DNA of 57,088 nt, from NCBI GenBank assembly GCA_036381125.1, contig DASVDK010000379.1, positions 1-57,088 of the forward strand, read 5' to 3'. The first letter of the stretch is position 1, and each line of letters begins with the position of its first letter. Of this stretch, positions 25,284 to 35,031 are shown in pieces. The translations under genes were made by a program, and so were the position numbers. Below the pieces are notes generated by a model. That model was not told the DNA's origin and searched no databases. It saw only the letters and a program-made list of their open reading frames with translations. Source of the DNA: Thermodesulfobacteriota bacterium (GTDB lineage: Bacteria; DASVDK01).

Positions 25284-25312
25284 TTCTTAAGGGTTTACGC
25301 CGACCGTGTCAA
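25284..25312 (-). promoter_or_regulatory. sigma-70-like promoter candidate for ihfB
   Basis: The minus strand reads TTGACA (25312-25307), a 17-nt spacer, then TAAGAA (25289-25284), in a locally AT-richer patch 50 nt upstream of the ATG. Confidence 0.35.
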
Positions 25313-25741
25313 GCGGTTTTCTGGCGGGACGGAAAGGAGCCACCTCGCGAGCGCCGGGCGGACGCGAACCGGCACGTCCGGCGTGCGCGCGAAGCGGAAC
25401 TCCGCCACGGCGAGCGGGCCGACCCCGCGGATGGTCGGCGGCACCACGTCGTCCCAGGGCACGAGGAGCGGCGGGTGCGCCACGGCGACGAGCCTGACGA
25501 CCGCGAGGCGTATCCCCTCGGGACCGGAGCCGGCCACCAGGCACCTCCCGTAATTCGCCAGCCCCCCGAGGCTCAGGCGCTGGAAGCGCCGCACCGTGCC
25601 CGAGAACGGCCGGTCGCCCTGGGCGTAGTGCTCGGCCATCCGTTGCCAGCCTCCCGCCCCGGCCAGGAGCCAGCAGGTCCCGAGCCAGGCGGGCACGAAG
25701 AGCACGGCGAGGACGAGGGCGTCGAGGAGCATGCCGGTCAT
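25295..25741 (-). CDS. hypothetical membrane protein
   Basis: ORF 25295..25795. ATG 25741 gives MTGMLLDALVLAVLFVPAWLGTCWLLAG (TM helix). No recognisable family. Confidence 0.5.
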   Translation of the reverse strand: MTGMLLDALVLAVLFVPAWLGTCWLLAGAGGWQRMAEHYAQGDRPFSGTVRRFQRLSLGGLANYGRCLVAGSGPEGIRLAVVRLVAVAHPPLLVPWDDVVPPTIRGVGPLAVAEFRFARTPDVPVRVRPALARWLLSVPPENRLTRSA

Positions 25742-25795
25742 GATAGACCGCCGCCCCGGCCGAGGCATAATCAGCCGAGCAACCAGGAGGTGCAC

Positions 25796-26185
25796 GTGGG
25801 GTTCCTGCTGCGGGTCGTCATCAACGCCATCGCGATCTACTTCATCGCGGCGATCCTGCCGGGGATCGAGATCAGCGGCCTCCTGGCCGCCCTCGGCGCG
25901 GGCCTCGTGCTCGGCCTCGTCAACGCCGTCGTCCGCCCGATCCTGATCGTCCTCACGCTGCCGGCGACGATCCTGACGCTCGGTCTCTTCCTGCTCGTGC
26001 TGAACGGCCTCTGCCTCTGGCTCGCCTCGCTCGTCGTGGAGGGCTTCGAGGTCAGGGGCTTCTGGGCCGCGGTCTTCGGCGCGCTCCTCGTGAGCGTCGT
26101 GAGCTGGCTGCTGACGACCTTCGTGAGCGACCGCGGCCGGATCGTCGTGATCACCTCGCGCGGCCGTTCCGACCTCGACCGATGA
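25796..26185 (+). CDS. DUF360 / phage-holin-4-like small membrane protein
   Basis: 3' part of ORF 25475..26185. GTG 25796 lies 5 nt after AGGAGG. VGFLLRVVINAIAIYFIAAILPGI, with four hydrophobic helices. Confidence 0.75.
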   Translation: MGFLLRVVINAIAIYFIAAILPGIEISGLLAALGAGLVLGLVNAVVRPILIVLTLPATILTLGLFLLVLNGLCLWLASLVVEGFEVRGFWAAVFGALLVSVVSWLLTTFVSDRGRIVVITSRGRSDLDR

Positions 26186-26856
26186 TCGCCGAGGGCGCGA
26201 CGGCCGTCCTCCTCGTGTTCGCGGCCCTCTTCCCCATCGTGAACCCGCTCGGCATGGCGCCGATCTTCGCGACCATGACCGCCGATGCCACGCCCGACAC
26301 CCGGCGCGTCCTCGCGAGAGCGGTCGCCACGAACGGCTTCGTCCTCCTGCTCGTCTCCTTCTTCGCCGGCTCCTACGTGCTCGCCTTCTTCGGGCTCCAG
26401 GTGCCGGCCGTCCAGGTGGCGGGCGGACTCATCGTGACGGCGAGCGGTTGGCGCCTCCTCACGCAGGAGACGCTCGACGCCGCGCGGCGGGCGACCGCCG
26501 AGCGAGAGGCCGATCGCGCGGTGCTCGGCCGGGCCTTCTACCCGCTCACCATGCCGCTCACGGTCGGGCCCGGGTCGATCGCCGTGGCGGTCACGCTCGG
26601 CACCGACAGCCGGGCCACGCGGGCCCCGCTGCGGATCGAGCTCGCGCAGGACCTCGGGGCGATCATCGGGATCGCCCTGGTCGCCGGCACCATCCTGGTG
26701 AGCTTCCGCTCGGCCAATCGCCTCGGCGCCCTCCTGGGGGAGACCGGCATGAGCGTCTTCATGCGCCTGTCGGCCTTCATCCTGGTCTGCATCGGGATCC
26801 AGATCACCTGGAACGGGGTGAGCGGCCTCCTGGCGTCGGTGACATCCGCCACGTGA
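26182..26856 (+). CDS. MarC family (UPF0056) integral membrane protein
   Basis: ORF 26182..26856, with an ATGA overlap with the previous gene. FAALFPIVNPLGMAPIF is the MarC N-terminal signature. Confidence 0.85.
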   Translation: MIAEGATAVLLVFAALFPIVNPLGMAPIFATMTADATPDTRRVLARAVATNGFVLLLVSFFAGSYVLAFFGLQVPAVQVAGGLIVTASGWRLLTQETLDAARRATAEREADRAVLGRAFYPLTMPLTVGPGSIAVAVTLGTDSRATRAPLRIELAQDLGAIIGIALVAGTILVSFRSANRLGALLGETGMSVFMRLSAFILVCIGIQITWNGVSGLLASVTSAT

Positions 26857-26933
26857 CCGGCGGGGACCGGGCCGGCCGCCGGCCCGATCGGCGCCCCCCT
26901 GCGGGCCGGCCCGACATGGTCTACAATCGGGCC

Positions 26934-27155
26934 ATGCCCGACGTGCGACTCCGCTACCGCCGGGGAGACGAGCCGGACGAGTTGTCCTGCAAGACGGTCG
27001 ACGACGCCATCGACGTGGCGACGGCACAGCTCGCCTCCGGCGAGGCCTGGCCGGTCGAGATCGTGGTCGACGGCCGCGTGGCCGTCAGGGAGCCGGAACT
27101 CGTGGAGGAGGCTCGCCGCCGCCTCGGCGAGGACGACGAGGAGGATCTGCGCTAA
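26934..27155 (+). CDS. small acidic hypothetical protein (73 aa)
   Basis: 3' part of ORF 26448..27155, from ATG 26934 (MPDVRLRYRRGDEPDELSCKTVDDAIDVA). The composition looks protein-like, but no family is recognised. Confidence 0.45.
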   Translation: MPDVRLRYRRGDEPDELSCKTVDDAIDVATAQLASGEAWPVEIVVDGRVAVREPELVEEARRRLGEDDEEDLR

Positions 27156-27160
27156 GGGCG

Positions 27161-27403
27161 ATGACCTTCGTCATCGCGCAGCCCTGCGTGGGCGTCAAGG
27201 ACGCGGCCTGTCTGGACGTCTGCCCTGTCGACTGCATCCACTCGACGCCGCGCGACCCGCAGTACTACATCGACCCCGCGGCCTGCATCGACTGCGGCGC
27301 GTGCGAGTTGATCTGCCCCGTGAACGCCATCTACCCGGCCTATCTGCTGCCGCCCCACTGGCGCGCCTACGCCGAGATCAACGCCCGCTACTTCGGCCGC
27401 TGA
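27161..27403 (+). CDS. fdxA: 7Fe ferredoxin ([3Fe-4S][4Fe-4S])
   Basis: ORF 27161..27403. IAQPCVGVKDAACLDVCPVDCIH and CIDCGACELICPVNAI are FdxA-type cluster motifs. Confidence 0.9.
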   Translation: MTFVIAQPCVGVKDAACLDVCPVDCIHSTPRDPQYYIDPAACIDCGACELICPVNAIYPAYLLPPHWRAYAEINARYFGR

Positions 27404-27412
27404 GGGACGCCG

Positions 27413-28405
27413 CTACGCGCCGCGCGCCGCCCCGCGGCGGGCCGAGCGGGCCGACCGGCCGGCCGCGAGCCGCCGGGCGAGCCCCACGAGCCCTCCCGGC
27501 TCGTACGCGGCGATCACCATGATGAGGAGCCCGTAGACGACCAGGTCGAGCGCCTTGCCGCTGCCGCCGAGGTACGCTCGGGTGAACTCGGAGAGCGGGA
27601 TCAGCACCGCGGCGCCGACGAGCGGGCCGGCCACGGTCCCCGCGCCGCCGAGGACCGCGACCAGGCAGACCTGGATCGACAGGCTCAGGGGCAGGACCGA
27701 GCCCGGATCGATGAAGAGGATGTACTGCGCGTAGAAGGTGCCCGCGCAGGCGGTGAGCGCTGCGGAGAGCGCCATGGCGAGCTGCTTGTACCGCGTGGCC
27801 GGCACCCCGAGGCTGCGCGCCGCCGCCTGGTCCTCCTTGATGGCGCGCCAGTAGTAGCCGGGACGGGTTCGCCGCAGCCACGCCGCGAGCGCCACGGCGA
27901 CGACCAGCAGTCCGAGCAGCACGTAGTAGTAGGGCAGCTTGCTCGTGTGGAACTGGAGCGCGCCGAGCCCCTCGTCGCCGATCGGCAGGAAGAGCCCCAC
28001 GGCGCCGCCCGCGAACTCCCAGTTGGTCACGAGGATCTGCACGATCTCGCCGACGGCGATCGTCGCGATGGCGAAGTAGTGCCCCGACAGCCGGAAGCAG
28101 GGCCACCCGATGGCGACCGACAGGAGCACGGCAGCCGCCGCGCCGGCCGCCATGCCGAGCCAGGGCGAGAGGCCGAGGTGTTGGAGGAGGAGCGTCGAGG
28201 TGTAGGCGCCCGTGCCGAAGAACACGGCGTGGCCGAGGGAGACCTGGCCGGTGAAGCCGCCGAGGAGGTTCCAGGCGGTCCCGAGGAGGCCGAACAGCAT
28301 GACGAGGATCACGATGTGCTGCCGGAAGGGGTCCCGGACTACGAGCGGGTAGAGGACGAGGAGCGCGAGCACCGCCCCTACCGCGATGACGGGCGCGCGC
28401 TTCAC
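27413..28405 (-). CDS. livM: branched-chain amino acid ABC transporter permease (LivM-type)
   Basis: C-terminal 330 codons of ORF 27413..29443. GTG 28405 lies in a GTGA overlap. GQVSLGHAVFFGTGAY, AIKEDQAAARSLG. Confidence 0.9.
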   Translation of the reverse strand: MKRAPVIAVGAVLALLVLYPLVVRDPFRQHIVILVMLFGLLGTAWNLLGGFTGQVSLGHAVFFGTGAYTSTLLLQHLGLSPWLGMAAGAAAAVLLSVAIGWPCFRLSGHYFAIATIAVGEIVQILVTNWEFAGGAVGLFLPIGDEGLGALQFHTSKLPYYYVLLGLLVVAVALAAWLRRTRPGYYWRAIKEDQAAARSLGVPATRYKQLAMALSAALTACAGTFYAQYILFIDPGSVLPLSLSIQVCLVAVLGGAGTVAGPLVGAAVLIPLSEFTRAYLGGSGKALDLVVYGLLIMVIAAYEPGGLVGLARRLAAGRSARSARRGAARGA

Positions 28406-29268
28406 GACTTCCCGAAGAGCCCGCGCGGCCTCACGAGCACCACGACCAGGTAGATCGCGAACACGAAGACGTTCTTGATCGCCGGCGCGATGAAGACGCC
28501 GGCCAGCGACTCCACGGCGCCGATGATGATGCCGCCGACGAACGCGCCGGCGACCGACCCGAAGCCGCCGAGCGCCACGGCCACGTAGGCGACGAGCCCG
28601 AAGACGACGCCGACCTGCGGGAAGATGTAGTAGAAGGTCGACAGGAGCGCGCCCGCCACCCCCACGCACGCGGCGCCGAGCCCCCAGGCGAGGGCGAACA
28701 TGCGGTCCGGGTCGATGCCCATGAGGGCGGCCGCCTGGCGGTCCTCGGCCGTGGCGAGGAGCGCCCGGCCCACCTCGGTGCGCGTCAGGAGCCAGAAGAG
28801 CCCGCCGGTCGTGAGGATCGCGCCGACCGCCGCCGCGAGCTGCGGCCGGCTCACGAAGAGGCCGAGGACCTCCACCCGCCCGGTGAGCCAGGTGTCCCCG
28901 ACGGTGCGGAAGTCCGGCAGCCAGAGCCAGATCGCCAGGTTCTGGAGGAAGACGCCGAGGCCGAACGTGGCGAAGATCTGGGCCAGCATCGGCGCCTTGA
29001 GGACCCGCCTGATGAGCAGGGCGTAGACCGCCACGCCGAGGACGAAGAGCGCCGCGGCGTTGATCGGAAGGGCCGCGACCGGGTCCCACCCGAGCCCCGT
29101 GTAGAGGAAGTAGGACAGGTACATGGAGAGCATCAGGAACTCGCCGTGGGCGAAGTTCACGATGTCCATCACCCCGAAGATCAGCGACAGGCCGGCTGCG
29201 ATGAGCGCGAAGACGAACCCGATGAGGACGCCGGAGACCAGCGCCTGCGCGACGACCTCGGCCGACAC
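28402..29268 (-). CDS. livH: branched-chain amino acid ABC transporter permease (LivH-type)
   Basis: ORF 28402..29268 (GTG start, GGGGGGA upstream). LIFGVMDIVNFAHGEF, ATAEDRQAAALMGI. Confidence 0.9.
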   Translation of the reverse strand: MSAEVVAQALVSGVLIGFVFALIAAGLSLIFGVMDIVNFAHGEFLMLSMYLSYFLYTGLGWDPVAALPINAAALFVLGVAVYALLIRRVLKAPMLAQIFATFGLGVFLQNLAIWLWLPDFRTVGDTWLTGRVEVLGLFVSRPQLAAAVGAILTTGGLFWLLTRTEVGRALLATAEDRQAAALMGIDPDRMFALAWGLGAACVGVAGALLSTFYYIFPQVGVVFGLVAYVAVALGGFGSVAGAFVGGIIIGAVESLAGVFIAPAIKNVFVFAIYLVVVLVRPRGLFGKS

Positions 29269-29289
29269 CGGCGTCCCCCCGGCTTCGGG

Positions 29290-30561
29290 CTAGCGCCCCC
29301 AGGCCGGCAGCGGCCAGCGCACCTCCGCGGCCGCGACGTCGAACGGGTACACCGTCCGGTACGTCCCCTCCTGGATCTGCACGATGATGCCGTTGCCGAG
29401 CGCGTTCTGGTGGGTCTTCGGGTCGAAGCGCACCCCCGCCCACGGCATGATGAGCTGGTCGGCCGGCAGGTTCGTCGCCTCGAGCGCGGCCCGGATCTTC
29501 TCCGGATCGGTCGAGCCGGCGCGGTTGATGGCGTCGGCGAGCACGAGCATCCCCACGAAGGCGCGCGCGCTGGTGCCGTCCATGTCAATCGCCTGGCCGC
29601 GCGTCTGCTGCGTCTTCTTCCGGAACAGCTCGTTCACCTGCCGGATGATCGGCTTCTTCGCGCCGAGGTCGAGCGCCCAGACCTCGCGAACGAGGATCCC
29701 CTCGGCGTCCTTGCCCATCGCCGGCAGGAACTCCGACGACGAGTGGCCCGCGTCCATCGCCAGGATGCCCTGAGGCCGGAAGTCGAACTCCTTCATGGTC
29801 TTCGTGGACAGGATGGCGTCGTTCGTGTACGAGGCCTGGAGCAGCACGTCGGGCCGGGCCGCCTTGAGCCGCTGGATCTCGCTGTTCAGGTTGGTCGACT
29901 TGGCGTCGTACGCGATGTCGGCGACGATCCGGTAGCCGTACTGCTGCGCGTACTTCTTCTCGAACTTGCTCACGTCGGTGCCGAAGAGCGTGTTCTCGTA
30001 GAGGAGCGCCACCGTCGAAACCGGCCGGCCGCGCGTCTTCATGTCGTTCAGGAACTTGAAGAAGTTCTCGCTGAACTCGTCGTCGGTCGGCGTGGTGCGG
30101 AAGAACCAGCGGAACCCGCGCGCGGTGAGGAGCGGCGAGGTCGACTCGGGGTTGAGGAACGGGATTCGCAGCCGCTCGGCGGCCTGGCTCGCCGTCGCGG
30201 TGACGTTGGAGTTGTAGGAGCCGAGGAGCGCGACCACCTTCTCCTGGCTGATCAGCCGCTCCGCCTCGGCGAGCCCCTTCTCGGGCGCCGACTGGTGATC
30301 GGCGAACACGACGCGGATGGTGGCGCCGCCCAGGTTCGGCAGCCCCTTCCCCTTCCCCAGCGGCACGGCCAGGTCGACGTCCTCGTTCACCAGCTCCGCG
30401 GCCAGCTCGATGGCGTCCTTGATGTCGAGGCCGGTCTTCGCGAGGTTGCCCGAGAGCGGGTACACGGCGCCGATCACGACCTCGGCGGCCGCCGCGGCGC
30501 GAGCGAGGCCCGGTCCGCAGAGGAGCGTGAAGAGCAGGGCGACGAGCGTCAGGCGGCGCAT
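29290..30561 (-). CDS. ABC transporter periplasmic substrate-binding protein (Leu/Ile/Val-binding family)
   Basis: ORF 29290..30561. Signal peptide, then EVVIGAVYPLSGNLAKTG, which is typical of type 1 periplasmic binding proteins. Confidence 0.9.
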   Translation of the reverse strand: MRRLTLVALLFTLLCGPGLARAAAAAEVVIGAVYPLSGNLAKTGLDIKDAIELAAELVNEDVDLAVPLGKGKGLPNLGGATIRVVFADHQSAPEKGLAEAERLISQEKVVALLGSYNSNVTATASQAAERLRIPFLNPESTSPLLTARGFRWFFRTTPTDDEFSENFFKFLNDMKTRGRPVSTVALLYENTLFGTDVSKFEKKYAQQYGYRIVADIAYDAKSTNLNSEIQRLKAARPDVLLQASYTNDAILSTKTMKEFDFRPQGILAMDAGHSSSEFLPAMGKDAEGILVREVWALDLGAKKPIIRQVNELFRKKTQQTRGQAIDMDGTSARAFVGMLVLADAINRAGSTDPEKIRAALEATNLPADQLIMPWAGVRFDPKTHQNALGNGIIVQIQEGTYRTVYPFDVAAAEVRWPLPAWGR

Positions 30562-30668
30562 GGGAGCCTTCTCCTTCCTGATCCGGAACGGACGGTCCTG
30601 GAACAGAACGCCTTTCTATCTCGCCCATCTTGGCCGAGGGGCTCGGCTCCTGTCAACAGGCGCGCGGA

Positions 30669-31388
30669 TCAGAGCCCGAGGAAGGCCCGGCGGACCACCT
30701 CCGTGCCGAGCAGCTCCTGGGCCGGCCCGTCGAGGACGATGCGGCCCGTCTGGATCACGTAGGCGCGGGCCGCCAGCGCCAGCGCCGCGTGGACGTTCTG
30801 CTCGACCAGGAGGACCGTGAGCCCCTGCCGGTTGACCGCCGCGAGCGTCTCGTAGATCCGGGAGACGAGCCGGGGCATGATGCCGAGGGACGGCTCGTCG
30901 AGGAGGAGCAGGCGCGGCCGGCTCATGAGCCCCCGCGCGATGGCGAGCATCTGCTGCTCGCCGCCCGACATCGTGCCGGCCGTCTGCATCGCGCGCTCGG
31001 CGAGGATGGGGAAGAGCGCGAGCACCTCGTCGAGCGCCTGCCGGCGCGTCCGCTCGTCGGACTGCACGTAGGCGCCGAGCAGGAGGTTCTCGCGCACCGT
31101 GAGCTTCGCGAAGAGCCGCCGCCCCTCGGGCACCAGCGCGACGCCCTCCCGCACGACGGCGTGCGCCGGCCGGCCGTCGAGGCGCCGCCCCTCGAAGGTG
31201 ATCCGCCCGGACTCGGGCGCGAGCAGACCCGCGATCGTCTTGAGGAGGGTCGACTTGCCCGCCCCGTTCGCGCCGACGAGCGCCACGATCTCGCCGGCCC
31301 GCACCTCGAGCGACAGGCCGCGCAGCGCCGGCAGCCCGCCGTAGCCGGCCGTGAGGTCCTCGACCGCGAGCAGCGCGCTAGCCGCCAA
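30669..31388 (-). CDS. livF: branched-chain amino acid ABC transporter ATP-binding protein (LivF-type)
   Basis: ORF 30669..31388 (TTG start). GANGAGKSTLL, MSGGEQQML, LLLLDEPSLG. Confidence 0.9.
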   Translation of the reverse strand: MAASALLAVEDLTAGYGGLPALRGLSLEVRAGEIVALVGANGAGKSTLLKTIAGLLAPESGRITFEGRRLDGRPAHAVVREGVALVPEGRRLFAKLTVRENLLLGAYVQSDERTRRQALDEVLALFPILAERAMQTAGTMSGGEQQMLAIARGLMSRPRLLLLDEPSLGIMPRLVSRIYETLAAVNRQGLTVLLVEQNVHAALALAARAYVIQTGRIVLDGPAQELLGTEVVRRAFLGL

Positions 31389-32103
31389 GGTACGCCTCGA
31401 TCACCCGCGGGTCGCGAGCGATCGCGTCGGGCGGCCCCTCGGCGATCCGCTGTCCGGCGTCGAGGACGACCACGCGGTCGCTGAGCGGCATGATCACCTC
31501 CATCACGTGCTCGACCACGAGGAGCGCGAGCCCTCTCGCCCTGAGCGACCGGAGCACCGCGAGCGCCGCCTGCGTCTCGGCCGGCGTGAGCCCGGAGAGC
31601 GCCTCGTCGAGGATGACGAGCTTCGGGTCGGTCGCCAGGGCCCGGGCGATCTCGACCCGCTTCTGCTCGGCGACCGTGAGGCCTCCCGCCTCCACCGCGG
31701 CGCGGCCCGCGAGCCCGCACGTCTCCAGCGCCGCCGCCGCCCGTGCGGCCGCCTCGCGGCGCGACCGGGTGCGCAGGAAGGCCCCCACCATGACGTTCTC
31801 GAGCGCCGTCATCTCCTTGAAGACCTTGACGAGCTGGAAGGTCCGCGCGATGCCGGCCCGCGCGACCGCCTCCGGGGGGCGATTGGTGAGGTCCTGCCCG
31901 TCGAAGACCACCCGGCCGGCGTCCACCGGGAACTGCCCGGTCACGCCGTTGAAGACCGTGGTCTTGCCGGCGCCGTTCGGGCCGATCAGGCCGACGATCT
32001 CCCCGCGCCCGACCGTGAGGTCGATGCGATCGTTCGCGAGGAGGCCGCCGAAGCGCTTCGTGAGCCCTTCGACGCGCAGGAGGGGATCGGCCGCTCGCGC
32101 CAT
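31378..32103 (-). CDS. livG: branched-chain amino acid ABC transporter ATP-binding protein (LivG-type)
   Basis: ORF 31378..32103. GPNGAGKTTVFN, LVILDEALSG. Confidence 0.9.
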   Translation of the reverse strand: MARAADPLLRVEGLTKRFGGLLANDRIDLTVGRGEIVGLIGPNGAGKTTVFNGVTGQFPVDAGRVVFDGQDLTNRPPEAVARAGIARTFQLVKVFKEMTALENVMVGAFLRTRSRREAAARAAAALETCGLAGRAAVEAGGLTVAEQKRVEIARALATDPKLVILDEALSGLTPAETQAALAVLRSLRARGLALLVVEHVMEVIMPLSDRVVVLDAGQRIAEGPPDAIARDPRVIEAYLGG

Positions 32104-32342
32104 GGCGCCATCCTAGCGCGGCCGTGCTTCGGCAACCGGAACGGCCGTTGCCTCCCCGGGGTCCGCCGGGGCACCGAGACGCCGGTGTCGATCGGCTCGT
32201 TTCCCTGCCGGGGACGCGTTCCGCATCGGCGCCGCCGACGGCCCCTCGAGCGGCCCCGTTCGACCGGCAGGCGTCGTAGGGGTCAGGCGGCCTGTGCAAG
32301 GGCTCACGTGCGCGCGGCGCGCGCCATCGGCGTCCGCGACGC

Positions 32343-32371
32343 TTGACGTCGCGCGCGTTCCGGGTTAGAAG
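32343..32371 (+). promoter_or_regulatory. sigma-70-like promoter candidate
   Basis: TTGACG (32343-32348), a 17-nt spacer, then TAGAAG (32366-32371), about 34 nt upstream of ATG 32405, which itself follows GAGGAGGTG. Confidence 0.3.
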
Positions 32372-32404
32372 CGCGCTCCCTGTGGAACCTCGAGGAGGTG
32401 ATGC

Positions 32405-32596
32405 ATGCGTCTCTTCCGCCGGCGCCGCGACGAGCGTCCCTGCCCGCTCTGCTCGAAGCCCGTCTCGCGAGCCGCCGAGCGCTGCGACGCCTGCGGCCGT
32501 CGCTTCAAGGCGATGACGCAGCCGCTCCTGATGCCCGTCCCCACGGGCCTCGAGCTGTCGCAGTCGGCGCTCGACGGCCTGGCCCGCCGGAGCTGA
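32405..32596 (+). CDS. small zinc-ribbon protein (63 aa), hypothetical
   Basis: ORF 32405..32596. CPLC-x12-CDAC pair; strong SD 5 nt upstream. Confidence 0.45.
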   Translation: MRLFRRRRDERPCPLCSKPVSRAAERCDACGRRFKAMTQPLLMPVPTGLELSQSALDGLARRS

Positions 32597-32677
32597 GCGG
32601 CGGCTTCCCGGGCCCCTCCCGGCCGTCCGGGCCGGTCGGCCTCGGACGGCTCCGGAGCGACGACGGGCCGACGCCCG

Positions 32678-33439
32678 TCAGCTCCGCCAGATGCGCTGCG
32701 GCCGCCAGTGGGCGGCGCGGTGCGCGGTCACGTAGTCGGACCGGGCGAACGGCTTGACCACCACCGCCCCCACGACGAAGCCGCCGACGTGCGCCCAGAA
32801 GGCCACCCCGCCCCCCTCCGCCCCGCCGAGGGCGGTCGCACCGCTGATCAACTGGATCACGAACCAGTAGAGGAGCATCGTCCAGGCGGGCAGCGCGACG
32901 GACGTGAGGAAGAAGCCGATCGGGATCATGGCGAACACCCGGACCCGCGGGTAGAGGACGAGATAGGCGCCCATGACCCCGCTGATCGCGCCGGACGCCC
33001 CGACCATCGGGACCCCGGAGGAGGGGTTGAGCGCCACCTGCGCGAGCGCCGCCGCGACGCCGCAGACGAGGTAGAAGACGACGAAGCGGCCCCGGCCCAT
33101 CGAGTCCTCGATGTTGTTGCCGAAGAGCCAGAGGAACCACATGTTGCCGATGAGGTGAAGCCACGAGCCGTGCAGGAACATCGAGGTGAAGACGTGGGAG
33201 ACCTGCCGGCCCGGGTCGGTGAGGCACACGAGCCCCTGGCCCATCGGGAAGGACGTGCCGGGCGGCAGCGTGCCGGTCAGCTCTCCGGGGATGAGGCCGA
33301 GGTTGCACACCGATCGCGCCAGCGGCAGCGCCGCCCCGGCCCCCTGCACGAACAGCCACGAGACGACGTTGAGCCCGATGAGCGCCCAGGTGACGTACGG
33401 CGTGTGCAGCGTCTCGTTCTCGTCGTGGTACGGGAACAC
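32678..33439 (-). CDS. rhomboid family intramembrane serine protease
   Basis: ORF 32678..33439 (GTG start, GGAGGG upstream). HGSWLHLIGNMWFLWLFG and GASGAISGVMGAY (catalytic Ser), plus a downstream His. Confidence 0.9.
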   Translation of the reverse strand: MFPYHDENETLHTPYVTWALIGLNVVSWLFVQGAGAALPLARSVCNLGLIPGELTGTLPPGTSFPMGQGLVCLTDPGRQVSHVFTSMFLHGSWLHLIGNMWFLWLFGNNIEDSMGRGRFVVFYLVCGVAAALAQVALNPSSGVPMVGASGAISGVMGAYLVLYPRVRVFAMIPIGFFLTSVALPAWTMLLYWFVIQLISGATALGGAEGGGVAFWAHVGGFVVGAVVVKPFARSDYVTAHRAAHWRPQRIWRS

Positions 33440-33472
33440 GGGGTCCCTCCGGGTGACGGCCCGGCCCCTATT

Positions 33473-34870
33473 CTATCCGCTGCGGAGTTCGATCCCCATG
33501 TCGCGGAGCAGCGCGCTCGCGAGCGCGACGTGCCGCTCGGCCTGGACCGCGTCGCCGGCCCGGCGATGGAGCCGCCCGAGCCCGGCGTGGCAGTGCGAGG
33601 CCAGCGGCCGCATGCCGATGGCGTCGGCGGCGGCCAGGCAAAGCGCCCACGCCTCGAAGCCCCGCTCGTTCGTGGCCCGGCGAGCGCGAGCGCCTGGTCC
33701 GCCACGGCCCGCGCGTCGACCAGGCGTCCCGCGAGCACGTAGCCCTCGCCGAGCAGGGTGAGCAGCCACGACCGGCTCGCCACGACCCGGGTCGCCGTCG
33801 CCGTCTCGATCGCCTCCTCGAGCAGCGCGATCGCCTCGGGATGCCGTCCCAGGCGCCCGTACGCCGCCCCGAGGAACGCCGCGGCAAACGGCAGGTGGAG
33901 GAGGATGTTCGCCGCCCGGCCGCCCGCTCCAGGTCGCCCGTCCGGAGGAAGACGTAGCCGCCGCAGTACTCCGCGAACGCCTGGCTGAGGGGGTGCTGGG
34001 CCGCGTCGGCGATCGCCATCGCCTCCCGCCAGACCGGGATCGCCTCCCGGAAGCGCCCCAGCTCGGCCATCGCCTCGACGAGCCGCCCGCGCGAGAAGAC
34101 GGCCGGCAGCCCCGCCATCCCGAGGTGCTCGTGGACCAGCGCGCCGCCGAGCCGGTCGACGTTGCCCTGCTGGTGCTCGATCGCGCGGTCGCAGGCCCCC
34201 AGGCCGTAGTGCGCCTGGCCGAGGTGGCAGGTCGCCGTGACGTCGACGCCGAGGTCGTCGCACGCCCTCGCGATGGCGACCGCGCGCTCGCCCGCCTCGA
34301 TCGCCCGAGGGTAGTCGCCCTTGAGCCGGAAGGACTGGGCCAGGACGCTGTAGGTCCGCCCCAGCCGGCGCTGGTCGCCGAGCGCCGCGGCCAGCGCCTC
34401 GGCCTTCCGGAGGAGATCGAATGGAGTGCAGGGCGTTTCGCAGCTCGAGGTGCAGGTCGATGGTCTGCTCCGCGACCTCCCGACTCGCGCGCAGGTGCTG
34501 CAAGGCCGACAGCGCCTGCTCGTAGAGGACCGCCAGCTCGGCCCGGCGGCCGACGAAGCGCGTGAGGCCGCGCGCCGCCGCGGCCTGCATGCGCGTCCGC
34601 AGGCCCGACGCGCCGGTCAGCTCGTAGATCTCGACCGGCTCGCGCATCCCCTTGACCGGGATCGGGCCGATCGCCTTCGCGCGAACGAACCCCTCGGCGA
34701 GCCGGAGCGTATCGGCCGTCAGCCAGACGCTGCCGGGGGTGGCGAGCTGCTCCATGCGGGCGGCCAGGTGCGTCGTCTGGCCGACCGCCGAGTACTCCAT
34801 GTGGAGGTCGTTGCCGATCGCCCGGACCACCACCTCCCCCGAATGGGCCGTCGCCTCCTGTGGAGAGCGT
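33473..34870 (-). pseudogene. degraded adenylate/guanylate cyclase - TPR signalling protein (5'-truncated, at least 3 frameshifts, NTPase module apparently missing)
   Basis: Homology-like sequence jumps between all three minus frames. The cyclase C-terminal half HSGEVVVRAIGNDLHMEYSAVGQTTHLAARMEQLATPGSVW..VKGMREPVEIYELTG..FVGRRAEL occupies the frame of ORF 33277..36810 (34845 to about 34425). FDLLRKAEALAAALGDQRRLGRTY...GDLERAAG follows in the frame of ORF 33468..34118. ANILLHLPFAAAFLGAAYGRLGRHPEAIALLEEAIE... returns to the first frame. NERGFEAWALCLAAADAIGM...LLRDMGIELRSG ends in the frame of ORF 33473..34894. Confidence 0.7.
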
Positions 34871-35031
34871 CGACGGGTACCGCGAGTGTTGCATAGCCCG
34901 GTGCCGGTGGGAAGCTCCGAGCCGGCCGGGGCATCGCCCGCTCCGCGGGCAGGCATTCCCCTGGGCGCCGCGATCGGCGCCTCCCGGTAGAATGCGACCG
35001 GCTCGTCGCCGTCGACGACACGGAGGGCGTC

